DNA of 64,000 nucleotides from Tubulanus polymorphus. Taxonomy: Eukaryota > Animalia > Nemertea. How positions within the stretch are numbered: position 1 is the first letter of the stretch; every line of letters begins with the position of its first letter. The notes below the pieces were generated by a model. That model was not told the DNA's origin and did not search any database. It saw nothing but the letters and a program-made list of their open reading frames with translations. Shown here piece by piece: positions 1 through 14,358 of this stretch. The translations under genes were made by a program, and so were the position numbers. The stretch spans positions 24,842,299 through 24,906,298 of the forward strand of contig NC_134025.1 in NCBI RefSeq assembly GCF_964204645.1, read 5' to 3'.

Positions 1-405
1 CATAGATCAAGAATCAGTAAATTTACAAATATCTGAATTGTTGATCATCTGAATTCTGCAATCAGTATAAACAAATCAATGCTTTTTCCATAGATCAGTA
101 TAAAATGTGTGGTATATCATGTTGAATGTGTGGGGGGTGAATGATGGCGTGAAATCAAATACTTTGAACATTAATAGTATCGCCTCCACTGTATTAATCA
201 ATGAATGTACCACCAATGCGCATACATTTGTACACTTTAAAACCGGTCAATTGACTTCATTGATTTCTACAATCGATAAACAAGATCAGCAGCGGGCTGA
301 AACATTCCTCTAACTCGTGTTTTTCCGTGTATTTACACCACACTGAGTTCGAGATGAATATTTCATCTAATTAAAAGCATAGCTGTTCTGGCTGATAATA
401 CATAC

Positions 406-3400
406 ATCGGATAATTCGTACAGTAGTCGGCGTAAATTGAGAAGCCATTTTGATGATCGACGAAACAATTAGCCACCTTGACCGGGTCAATTTCGCATAG
501 CTCCAAATTCTCCAGAAATCCACTGCAAATAGAAACGAATATCAGAACCTAGTACTGTAGGGAATAAAAATCGAAGCGTTCATCGAGCAATTCAAATATC
601 TTTTACCTGTTAAAGTTATGCAATTCTCTTATGTTTCCGAATAATTCCTGTAAGGTTTCGGCCGGGAACAGGTCGTTCCCAGACTCCGTGAAAAAATTCA
701 AATATCCCTGAAAAATATGTAGACATCTGACTATCGGTATTCCTTTCTGCAGCAGTAAGTACTACAGTCTAGTTATCGGGTGCCTTCTATCGATCACAAA
801 ATTCGTTTAATTCTCCTCCACCGACTGCATCAGTTATTAAGAATAGAGAATAAAGGGAGGATATTTTGCTGTGCGCATTTTTCTGTTTGCACTAATGGTT
901 GGAAGTCATTCCCGGATCTGCAACCGGACTGAAACTAAAAATCAATGATTATAAATTCAATTACTTCGATTATTTCTTGTAAATCTCTGACGTAGGTGCG
1001 TTCAGTGTCCAGCACTTCAGCGACCACTCGGTCCATGATACTCTGCGTTGATTCGGAGTTTTCGAGTTTCTGCGGCGAGACGAGTATCGAATCGGATTCG
1101 TCGAGTAGCGCCGCATCTTCATTTTGTCCTTCGAGTAAATCATCGTCGGATTGCATGTCCTCGAAAGATTCGCAATCTTTCCGTTCAAACGGAGGCGACA
1201 GTTGACATCTGGAACTGGGATCACCTGAAAATAATCATCACAGTTATTACGACACCCAGCTATTGATATTTGATGTAGGTTCCCTTCCATTAGATAAGTG
1301 TGTCATATTTACACGATAGTATTGCATTAATGCATATATTCCCTCCTATAAATTTTGACTTTGGCCTTATGTACATGATTCATGTGCAAAGTGTTCCATA
1401 CATATTGTCCAGGTATAATAACTTTGATGGGATAGATCTCCAGGATGGTTTTAATCATAAGATAATGCAGCAAAGTGATAATAATGCTAAATGGGCATTT
1501 TCCCTATCAAATTCACACCTGAGTAATGAATGGTGGCCACCCTAACTAGAGACAGCCAACTGATTAGGTACAGATGGAATATATGTGGACTTTCCAGGGG
1601 GTGATGGTGACAATAAGGTTATGGGTACCTAACGTAGAAACCATATATCTGAGTAATAGCTGATGTTAGCTTGTTGGTGATATGATGATATTGCTTGGAG
1701 TGATTTACCACTTGGAGTAATCATTCAGATGATAACTCCAAGGTTGACGTTTAAGTGGAAAAAGGCACTAATGAATGATTAGGGAGTCCATACTCCTCTA
1801 TATTCACCCATAATAGTAACAAGTTTGGTATAACCATGGACCCTTAGAGTCCACGGTATAACACATCTGATATGACAACCAGGCAACTTCTTTTTTCAGA
1901 AGCAGCTGGATGTGTGTTCTTTTACACTTTACAAGTGTTTCAAAAGAAAACAGAAACAGTTGAAAACAAACCCGCAGTAGTGTTTGTAAGTGGGTCAGCT
2001 CTAGTGCTGCGGTTACTCCGTTACAGCAGCGGATCCATTTTTTATTCTTCATAAAATTCTGGTAAACACTTCATCTCGAATAATGCTCCTCGATCAAATA
2101 ACGTTACGTCGTCAAATCCCGGCCATGAATGCGGGAAAATTGATGGCCCACATTTCCAGGGCAGTATTGAATGAACTTGACTATGCAAAGGAAGTTTTTT
2201 TTATTTGATATTCCTAATTTTCCATATTGTCTGTCTGTATATAGACATAGACACACATACACACTTATCAGGAGAAATCAAAACAAAGAATTGACACTTG
2301 TCACATTTTGTATCGAAAAATAAATATCAACACGATTTAGTACTTGATATAGGAAATAAAGAATTCAGCTCTGCCAAATGGTTGTCAAGACCTCGAGATC
2401 TCGGATATTTGTGATTTTATGATGAGGTCTGTGATATATTACTGGAATAGTATTGATTGAATATCAAGTCTACTACAACATAATCAATATTGCATAAATG
2501 CATGAAGCTGATGAACGATAGATATATTTCCGGCAAAGGATGAACATTTTCAATGAGTTTCTTCTTCAGAAATATATTCATCATTCGTCGAGCATGGTTT
2601 CCCTCACTGTTCCCTTACTTGTTTGAATAAAAAATATCCCCCGACTATTCCCCCAATTTCCAGGTAAGTGACGCCACTGTGGTCCTTCATCGAGCATAGT
2701 TCGAAGATCGAGAGTAAACCGAAAAAGTGAACCTACCTGCCATTTTCTTGCATGACGATCGATTGAGCGACGATGTGGAAGAAGTCGACGAAGAAGTCGA
2801 ACTGATACTCAGAGGACGCTTCGCCGTGCTAACTAACGCGACCGCTGGATCTGTGACCTTCACCGGTGACGGGACGCTGACTTTACTCGACAAAGATTCA
2901 CCATTAGTCCGTGTCGTCGTCGTCGTTGTCGAGGACGACGGTTTTATCAGAGCCGAAGACGTCGAAGTTAACACACCCGTTTCACTCATATTCCGATTTT
3001 CGACCAAACATAAATCCGCATTATAATTCGCAGGCGCCCGAGACAGAAATGAGCTGTTATCCGGCGGCGGCGGCGGAGGAGGCGAGTTTTTTATTCCATG
3101 GTTGTGATTGTGTAATCCGTAGTCATCGTACAAAGTCAGCAGGGAAGGAGCCAAATCAACTGAGGAACCTGTAATTAGAGAAAAAGCTTTTGTTAACAAT
3201 CTTCAGTCAATAACGATAAGATGTATTTTTTCCAACGATCCACCTGTCCAAATATGTCTCAACTGCGGCCATCATCGAGACTCATTGTTCTTATTTGAGA
3301 CAGGCCAGTAGCTTCACTGTGATGCTTTATGTAAACTGGTGTTTAAATACAAATTCAATTGTCCACCAAGATATTCAAACACTGAGGCCGGGTGCACAGC

Positions 3401-6400
3401 CATTTTTCGATTTGCTGTACCCTGCCCCGATTAACGGCGAGCATCTTGTTAGAGAAACCGGGCAAATTACGGCGCAGAACATCGTACGCACTGCTTCCAA
3501 TGAACCTACATATATCCTACTGATAAAGAAGAAAAAATTCTTCATCGATATTGATTTAGAATACCGAAAACAAAACCCCACGGTGTCGATCACAAAGAGC
3601 GATTGATGGAAAAAATACCTTGTTTCCATGCCAGCAAACAACTGCAACATGAGCATTCCATTTTTACACAACAGCCTACGATTACATTTGGGACAAATAC
3701 AAGCCAATTTTTGCCCACGGACTTTGAGCCTTCACCGGTACTATAACGTGCTGGCTCAGAATCATCCCCAGGGGAGAATTCTAAAAGCATTTTATAGAAT
3801 CGGGATGATAATCTTACCATTTCAAATATAGAGGATGAAATTCTAAACTCGTCGTTCGTAAAAGAACCGAACCAAATGTTAATCCAATAATTAGTGACGT
3901 GAACTCACAAATGTAATCACATAATGAGCTGTTCTCGGTGAAGAAAAATTTTCATCCGAATTTGACATCCGAGCATTTAATGCGCAACAGATGAAAAATG
4001 GTGCATCAGAGGCTCATGGTTTAGTATTGGTTGGCGATGACGCATAGCTTTAATGGACTCGGGGTGCTTTCAATGTAGTCTTTTAGTTATATTTGTTGAA
4101 CGTGGTGAAGCTAACAGTTTGAACAACATATATGAACTGGTGTATGGTGACATTTGCCTCATGTCAAGTTAGAATTATAGCGTATGTTTTGGGAAATGAA
4201 AGCTGTGATGATAAGATAAACTGCAATGTGGCATTATAAAAACTAATGCCCTGTTCATGATAAATCTGGCAACAGAAACTATGGTAAATGTCAGGGGGTG
4301 CAGTGTTCTCCAAATGCTAGAATCTTAAACAGCTGCATTCATTATTAGGTGTATGACATCATGGCTGCTGAAGTAGCACGGATATTAATCCCCCAAAAAA
4401 ATATAGAAAATTAAGCTTAATTTTGGTGTAATCTTCTTTTTCAAACATTAGCTCAATACATTTCAAAGCAATTATCAGCAATTATACAATATTGACACCC
4501 ACTCTGTTAAGGGGCAGAAGATATTCTGTAATGGGTGGCTTATTTTCAGAGGGGTGGATGTGAAAATGAAAGGGCTAGCCATCACGTGGGTTCTATGGAA
4601 GTTGAGGGCCAAATGGAAAAATACTATTGGTTACATCTTTAAGCAACCTTTCAGACTACCAGAAGTAGTAAGAAGCAGTGCCATCAATACGATTAATCAC
4701 AGCAATCAATTGTGTAAATTCGAACAGGATTCACTAATAACAATTACTAACCACAGACTTCTAGATGAAGAAGTCGGCACAAATGTAGATAAGACATTCG
4801 CATTCACAAATAAATCCTGACAAGTTACAGACATCTCAGACTATTTGCCCCAATAATTACAGGGACTAATGCACATATCGCCATGAAATATCATTATTAA
4901 AACAAAGAGAACAGTGTCTGAATATGAGACTCTCAATTTTGAAGTCCCCTGCTGGTTTATATTAAATGCCAATACTGCAATAGATGAAAGCAGATACTGT
5001 GATTAAACTAATTACTCATGTAACATTACACTGAACACGAGTAGGGGACCTACTCTAGTCGGAGGCATACGAGTTCTAAGCAGAATTCAGAAGACTAAAC
5101 AAAAACAACTTTTAAAAAAAATAAAAAGTGAATCATCCGGCAGAACAGAGATAACGGGGACATTTTACATTTGAAATTATTATTACCCGCACTCCTGAAA
5201 ATCACTACTGATGCATCACGAACACAAAGCCTCATAAATTTCCAGCCGAGAAATTAACATTCATTTATCTGTAGAATCACGGTTAATGACTGACGATGCG
5301 CTGACGGACTCCAGGCGAAATTACCTAAATCATTTGATAGACAAAAAATTCTGACGAACAACTATCAATTATCAAGCGAGCACGGACGAAGTTCAGCGGC
5401 ACAGTTAATGTGACCAGGTCACGACAAGTTGAGTTAAAAGTTCTCGATATTTTGGCCACACACGATCACAGACCTGAGTTACCTACAGGGTACTTGCTCC
5501 ACTATGATTCAATGGATTTTCAAATGGGATGAGAATCTCAACATACATCTACAAGATGTGTGAGGAAGCCAAGAACAAGTGATTCGTCACACCTGCAAAT
5601 AACACTCATTCAGTGTATACATTTGCAATGCATTATAGGAACTTTCCCAGAAAATCGCCACCACTCTTTGAAAGAGAACATAAAGGTCGATTTAAGAAAA
5701 GAAAAAATACAAATTCTAGCAACCACGGTAAACGGCACCTGGATGGCGTCTAACGTTATTCTTACACAGTACTTTGTAACCACAAATTCATAATGGCTGC
5801 CATAATTCGAGCTACATACACGAAAACCCGAGGAAAATGTAATCTTTCAATACGATCTGGAGCCACAAATCTGAGACGATCGCATGCATTAATCAGAAAT
5901 GCATTTACAAAATTAGCGAGACAAAGAAATATTCCGGTTTGAAGTAAGATTACCTTGAATGTATCTAATCCCGAGCCTAAAGCAGCTTCCATACGCACCA
6001 TGCACTCCTCCTTACACTGTAGATGTGTGCAGCTGTACGCAGACAACTCAGAATCTGGCTGCTGCTGCTCACAGCGGGGATGAGAAAATCAATAGCAACG
6101 TTGCTGCTGCTAGTGCTATGTGTATTATACCTTTTTCCAAGCCCCGAAGCCCCAGACTCCATCTCATTACAAAATATAGAGCATTAACCCGTTCATAGCT
6201 GAATCACTCGAAAAGACGTGCCCCGAAAATGCAGCGTCATGACTCCCGGAATAAAAGGAGATGGAAATAAGGTCACAACGATAAATTCTAAAATAGGAAA
6301 GAATGAAAAAGTTTCAAAACACGCGATCGCGATATTTTATGAGATTTTAGTTACCGGAAAGAGATAACAATATAAACATACTATTTCGCTGTCAAATGAA

Positions 6401-9400
6401 GTTATAGTTGCGATATATAATATTGATAAATTGGGCATTATGCAACGGTTGGCGAAAATTACCCATTTTTGATAATAGACCGGGGTAATGCATAAAACCA
6501 TTATCATAAAATTACATAGAGGATACAGACCGAGTGACAGACCATGTTAAAAAAAATGAAACGACTGTATATACTCAGTGCAACCAATAGGCAAAAAAGA
6601 CTGAAAGGGCTACGAGAAATTACCGTAGTTTATCAATGTTACCATGGAAATACTGTCAAATATCACTACAGTTTAAGGTAATAAGAGTCAAGAGCCTCCA
6701 GCGGCAAGTTTCATTAATATCTTAACTCTAGGCCCAGTTCCAGTGTTACAGACACGATCAGCCTTTATCCCTAGACTATCCCTACATATCAGGGTATCGT
6801 AAAGATGGTTTTTACGCCAAAATTATAGATTTTCTTTTCACAGATATACATTAATCAGGCAAAAAGAAATTTTCTCATCAATCAACACCATTTCTAATTG
6901 CTCAACAACGTCTCGTTAACCTAAAACAACAGACGATTTTTATAGAAAGAAAGAATGTTAATGAAAAAAACAAATCAAGTCTCATGAGAAAGCTCAAAGA
7001 GAATTTCGTAATTTGTATGCGAATGTATACATTGAAAGGCAAATTAACGAAGAATCAAAAAAGCATAAATATTCCTGTGTTAGTTTAAGAATGTTATTGA
7101 GTATCAAGATGAACGTAGACAATCTCCGAAATATAAAACTAATTTTGTGAAAACACATAGGAGCTAACTGAAGTTCACTAAGTACTTGGTGATATCTTTT
7201 TGATTAAAAGTCCTAGGTTTTTAGGGCAAGACTGATGGAGAAAAAATCCAGATACACTTATCACAACATGTGCAGAGTTTTGTCAGAAAAAAAGTTGATG
7301 TGCCAATCATGCATTTAGATTTCGAACAAAAACCCTGCATCTAAAAAAAGCAACGCACGGAAGGTCAGAAAAGAAAAATTGAGGTCGTTACCTCAATCTT
7401 AGAGAAGTTCAACTGCTTTTGTGACAGGATGCGAAGCCAGACAGCAAGGCAGAATGTTGTAAGTGTTTGAAAGGGCAATCTTTCACCATGGTGATATACT
7501 AAACACCGAAACCATGAACCCAAAAACTGAGGTCCTAGTTTCTAAGAACTCTTGAAGTTATGAGATGAAATCCATCATTATATCTTTTTCGAAGATGTAG
7601 TTGGCTCCACAATAAGGACATTTCATAGCTCTGCTGATGGACTGAGTTTATACAGGAATCAGAAGCCCAATTCCAGAATGCAAGAGCTGGAACGCTTTTA
7701 GCTAAAGGTGTTCAGACAAGTGACAGATGGCCTATCTCAGAAACTATTCTATCAAGGGACACCGCTTCTTACTAAATGCTAAACGCGCGGTGCTGAAACT
7801 AATTGCCCGTTACAAAAAGTTAATAATTGACTGCTGTGAGTAGAATCGATCATACCAACGTATTACGTAAACGTAATCCAGCGCAAACTACAAAAATACC
7901 ATTAATCTTTTAAGTAGGTATTTACTAAAATAAGTATACAGCATGAATAAAAAAAGTGGATTAACCGCATAAAATGATGAATACCATACATATCATATTG
8001 TCATACACCTAATGTATCTATACATGAAAACAATAGGAATAAAACTGCCAAAGTTAAAAATCATTTCAAAATATTTCGACTTTTCACTGACCAAAATCTT
8101 ATTGCATGAAACAAAAAGAATTTTTGAAACCAATTATTGTATTGTATTTCGTTTGCTATCATCGGTTTATGGAATAAAAGAAATTCATACCAAAGAATTC
8201 CTCCCATCGTAAGGCTCCAGGAACGAATGCGTTATCCTCAGGCGAATTATCCATCTTCATATTTCATATATGTACATCACGATTTAGCAAAAAGTTTCAT
8301 TTCTTAAAACAATCGTGCGAAAATAAACACGACGATACCGCAGCGTTTATCCATGGGTGAACGTTAGTTGTCGAAGAGTTTGCGCGAAGTTATGAGATCC
8401 GCGCGGTGAGTGAAACTGACTCTCCTGTATAGTCGAGCAATTATTAGATCGAGTAAAAATAAATCCCACTTCGTATCACTTCAAAGTGTTTTATGCAACA
8501 AAGCCGAGGATATTACTGCCTATTTTCAGGTCATATACGAGCGACTATCAAAGTGCCAATCAAGGTTAAACATCCCTCCCACTTAATAGCCCTGCAACAG
8601 CGTCTATTTCCTGATTTGGCAGTAACCTTATCCCGACTAATCCAACTTCCTGACGAACATATCGTGCCGGACAGAGCTCTCGAGGAGGAGGCATGATCCG
8701 ATGAGGATGGTCTTTACCGCTTCCGTAAGACCGCAAATAAATGATTCAGATCGTAACGCGAAATACCGATGCTTATATTGTGACAATCCGGGCTAACACT
8801 GACTGACCTACCTACACTGTCAGCAGCAGTACTGTGCACACATTTCTCTGTCAGTGGGGCAAAGCCTGCAGTGAATGACATCACTAATATTTATAGCCAT
8901 CTGACAATTCGTCCGATGATGTCAACGAATAATGATCTCAGATACTATTGTTTTGATAATCCAGCGACGACTCCAATCTTCAACTGAATGACACAATTTT
9001 GAATCTCCACAGTCCACGGTGAAAATGAATCACACAACAAACAAACTTTCCAGAGGTAGATAGATCCCTCTGACTGCAGCACCTCTGAATAGAACAGCTG
9101 GTGAACGCTGAAATTATGTTACTTTCATATCCCCAGAGAGAAGAGAGATTGAGGTGGTTGTAATATACTGGTTTCTATCCTCAGCGTTACAGACCACTTC
9201 GAATTTCTCTCAAGTAAAAACTCTGGCGTAGATACACTTGAAGAGCTCAATTAAAGGTGGTACAACATCAACGTGTGATGAACTGAGCGAGCATTGAATC
9301 GCAAGAAAAAGCGTTCCTGACAACAAGTATATGATATAAGAATAATTGCCATCATTATTCTACATAACATCCAATGATATTTTTTCTTCGCCTTTGCACC

Positions 9401-12400
9401 GAGGAAGTAAATAAATAACGCACAGATAGCAGATCAACGCGAGAACAATAGTGTATCGAGCTAAGTTGATATACAGATGAGCCCGATGTAGGTACTTCGT
9501 CTGGATTGGAAGATGATAAAACATTATCGGAAAAATGTACGCAAAGGATAAAGCCTATTGGCCAAAACAACGAGCATGCACTAAGAATATATTGACCAAA
9601 TTGTCTTGATATACATGGATACCATGAACTGACCAATTTGAATAGAAATCAGGACAACCGTATTTACGAATTTTGAGATTATAAACAATGTAGCAATGAT
9701 GATTTTATCATCTGCTGCTGAGTCTGAGTTCTGAATTTCCTTTGTTACGAATTCTGGAATTTCACGATCTCAGAGATATGACAATAGTGCGGCGCATAAT
9801 GGGACTCTTCAACTGCATACATGCGATATTCCAAATCGATATTCTCAAACTCACACACATGTGCACATAAAACTCCCGGTACTGACAATCCTGACAATGA
9901 GATCAAGTGATTGTTATGCTTATGAGCTGTGAGTTCATACTCGCAATAATGTTTAGATTCTTTGAGTTGTTTTGTACGTAACGCGAACACATCTGCATAT
10001 AGTAAAAACATCGATATTTTTTACAAATTCATTACGTGTAGACGCAGCACTTGTTCTACACGTAACAACGTTTTGTTCGATCAATTGTCTATGAATATCT
10101 CACATAATCTCGAATAATGTAAATACTGCCATGAAAGTTTCAGCCACAATTGATCAAGGGATAAAACATTTTCAGCATCACCACCGCTCCTCGAAAAAAT
10201 TATACTTTACAATCCATTTATAAAAGTGATTGGTTTCAAAACACATAGTGAAGCATGAAGTTAAAGACCAAAGCAATTGAGTGACTTCTTTTGACCAACT
10301 TCTTTATTGGGCCTACAATTCATTGGTTTCATTGACATCCTAAATATCGAGATCCTGGTAGGCGGGTCAGAAAATAACTTTTCGTAATTACCTTTTGTTC
10401 ATGAATATACACTGACACTGATAATCCTGAGAAAATGAAGTTTTAGTAAGACAGTTTCGACATCAAGTAGTTAGCTATAGCCTACTACTGACTGACCACA
10501 ACAAACATCACTCAATCTGTTACCTATAGTCCATCTGTTCATATGATGTTCTATCCCTGACCACTTCAATATTTCACAAAGCTATCATTGTGCCCGGGAA
10601 CATTTGTGGACTTTGCTTGACCTGCACCTACCTTTTCCAAATGAACAAAACCTCTTCAGATGGATTTATGGTAACATTTAAGGCGCATTTAAGTTTGGGA
10701 GATTCATCTCTTTTGTGTTCAAAATCACAGAAGCAAGCAGACTAAAGGCACAAATAAAACCTCAGACACCTTTGACTTGTAAATAGGAAGCCTTGACCCA
10801 AAGTAAAAATGGTAATGTCTGTCTAGAGGTGAAAACCAATTACGTATGATTAGGTACTACTTACACCTAAACTCTTTAGGAAGAGAACAATTACATGAAG
10901 TGAAAAATGTAGAATTCTACAATTCTCAACAATAGGAGCACCATTATATGCCTTATACCCCTTAAACAAGGTCTCAACTCTTTCCAAATGTATCTGCTGG
11001 CATTTTCTGAACACTATATCTATAAGAAATACCCTGTGTAAACTGCATAACCCATGAATGGGCCTCAAAGGGCAAAGGCAGCTCTGATGAGAACCAGGCC
11101 ACAATTTCACAAACTATTCTTAGCTCAAAAATCTTCGTAGGAAAATAAACAATGGAAATGCATTTCATAAAAAACTGTCATTTGCGAAAAGTACTTCCTT
11201 GTTTAGTTAGGAAATATTGTAAAGATCAAATAGCCCTTTATAATCCTAGTTATAAACCACATCAATGCCTAATTCAAATAAACTACAAATCCAAACTTCT
11301 TCCAATGCAAATATTGAGCATTGAGTACATTGGATGAATCAGCTGACCAATTATACAATGTATTCCGATACTTCCTCGAATGAATTCTGATTTCCCTGAA
11401 AAATGAATACCGCAATACCAACATGACCTTACATTGATTGTTACATGTAGAAACAAGAGACTAACTAAATAAATATCTCAATACATTTATGAAGCCTTTT
11501 TAGCAGATAACAATTACTATTCTCATTCAATCAACTTCTCTTGAACTTTTTGGCGATATAAAGATCATTCTATATCGTCATCGTCCCTGTAAATGGAGAG
11601 CAACAATTCTAATTTCAGGTTATCCATGGACTCTTAGAATCCATGGTTCATCTTACTGAAATATGTAGGCCTTTTACAGCGGGTGAAACTGTCATTGGGT
11701 TAAATTCATGCAGCATTGTTAAAAACCCATCAAAAACCTATCAACAAACCAGCCACAAAAACCACACCATATTTTCTTTTTGCTGCACTTCACGCATTTA
11801 AAAACCTCAAGTTTGGTTTAAGTTTATGAAGGATTGGTTTTGGTGTAAATATAAAAGGGTTCGTGAGTCATAAGTTGAAGAGAGATCGAGTGAGTGAAGG
11901 TAAAGCCTACTCATCACTGTTTTCGACTTTACATGTGCTAAACTGCTTTTACGACTTGTTAAATCCACATTGAAACCAGACATATGATCAATATCTGAAA
12001 CCGTAAATGATTTATGAAAACATCCATCTTGATTGCGAACGCCATACTCTCAAATAAGTGATTTTGAATAGTTGAATTCTCAGAAACTAGCCGACCGTAA
12101 AAGTAATCCATTAGTTAGAGAAAGTACCTGTACTTTTGACTCGAATCTGAACTGGTGAAAATCAGCTAATTACGTCTAGAACATATACATACTCACAGAG
12201 AACGCTACTGCAGAACTGTTAGTAGGAACTTATTTTAGGGTTTCCATTACTATCACAACCAAACCGCAGGTAAAACTAGAAGTGTTTTGTTAAAAAAAAG
12301 CTAATTTCTATGTGTAGAACATGACTAATACACGTGTTTTACTAAATGCAAAAACTACACTAAGTCATTTCTATAAACCGCACTAGAAATTAGGAGATGA

Positions 12401-14358
12401 TTTAATATTCCTCCCTTACAAACTACTGGGATATTTTTGCCAAAATTATGTGATTTAGGTGCTTCTTTTTTGTACCATTAGTAATTGACAATAAGATGTG
12501 AATTTTCTAGAAATGATGGCTACAAGCTGATCAGAAAATTGGGATTCCTATTTTCCATCGTCAAATTAGTAATCAACTCAAGGCACAGCAACTTAGTGCG
12601 GAGTTTAGACACCATGTGGCGATACATTCTAGAGATGAACAATTGCTATATGATGCAAAGAGGTCTCTTAGGTTGCGCCTTGCGGTCAAAATAGAAAAAC
12701 AGTCAAAACATAAACATATATCGATGTCAAAGAAACAGATATTACATAATAGGAGCCTTGATAAGCAGACATATTTTTCAAACTAATTTACTCGGAAACT
12801 AGAACAATATTTACTTATACGCTGTCAATATTTTGATAATGAACACGCTGTGATTCTGGATTCAAGCCATAAAAATTACGAATATTCATTTTACAACATA
12901 TAGATAACATAGCTTTGAGATAAAATTAGACACAAATAATGGAAAACCTCTCAAGAAAGAGAGATTTGTTAAAAGATATAAATGAAAACTTGAATAGTAA
13001 TATGATGCAGGCTTACAGTTTCTTAACTAAAGTCCAAACAAATACGCGGTAGAATGTCTCAAAGTCCTTTTCAAATAACTTCGAACTGAGCTCAGTCATA
13101 AAAATAAAAAAGACCGGATTTAAGAACAAAACATCGACTTAATTGAACATCTAAAATCTTTAAAAAAACATGCAAACCATGAATATAATCAGAAAAAAAA
13201 AACGTTTCAAATCTTACCCTCAATATATCCTTCGTTTAAAGAGTACGAGAAAGACTTAGATTATGACTTAGGGATATAAACAGTTATGCACTTGGTGTAG
13301 TCCGATTGCTCCGAATCATCAAACGTGGTTAACGGCGCTGAAGTCCGTGTTCTTGTGGATGTTATATCATAGGCACTATTATAACAGCTGGACCTTTTTA
13401 CCAACGCTATACATACACGCAGTATACTCCTGCCGATCTTATGTAAAAATGTTTACCCCGCGACTTGTTAAACTTCAAGAAAGTTTTCAAATTCATCGTT
13501 CACTTGCTTCGAGGAATTCAAAACTTCAGTCCGAACTATACAGGCTTATTAACCGTTCAATGCAAATCAATTGCGCATGTGAACTGTACTTGGATTTATA
13601 AAAGGCGACGTTGAACATCAATTATGATTTAAATTTATGACATAAAGACACATCAAAGAGGGAAATTTTAGTCTTCAATAACTCGATTTCGCTAGATTTT
13701 ATCTAAAGGCACTAACCTTTGTCATTATTTATTTGACGTCTTTGTTCGGAGGGTTTTACACCATTTCTCCTTGATTTTCCATCCATAAGTTTCGACCAGG
13801 CCTACGAAGAAAGAAAAGCGATTTCTCGATATAAATCAGCAACAAATCAGCACCGGAATGAAAACTAACGTATAGGGGAAGCATTGTAACGCGCGACAGT
13901 TATGAATTTATGCAAATATGATTGATTAACAAATAAAAGGGTACAGGTTTAAGGCAACAGGTTGACGCCGGGCAACCGACGATGATGGACGTCACAAAGG
14001 CAAAAAAGTCACATCACATCGCGAGGAGGACTATTGAGGATCGCATGTCAGATGAATAGTTTTGTGACGTGATGGTGTCAACGACACGAGTAACGTAGCG
14101 TAGAACAAGCCAATAAAAACAAGAGCTCTCATCACAAGCTGAGACCAACATTGTTGAGAAACAATTGTCGAGAAACAAGATACTCATATTTTTAAAAGAT
14201 AGTAACAGTCCTACCTTTTTCGCTTTAAAAATTAGCGACATGAAACCTTTTGTCGGTTTTTTCGTCTCAATACTTTCACAAGATACAATATGATGATTAG
14301 GGATATTGTCATTTTCGTCGCGCATCCTTGATGGCTCATCTTCACGAAGAGATATCAT
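406..14358 (-). CDS. Pleckstrin homology domain-containing family G (PLEKHG1/2/3-like) Dbl-family RhoGEF, 5' part; continues past the left window edge
   Basis: Exons 965-1224, 607-707 and 406-522 splice in frame to MDRVVAEVLDTERTYVRDLQEIIE-GYLNFF...LFGNIRELHNFN-SGFLENLELCEIDPVKVANCFVDHQNGFSIYADYCTNYP, the start of a DH domain. Exon 2737-3168 has RPLSISSTSSSTSS, like the PLEKHG1 N-terminus. Upstream exons 14215-14358 and 13717-13801 are phase-compatible but less certain. Confidence 0.85.
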
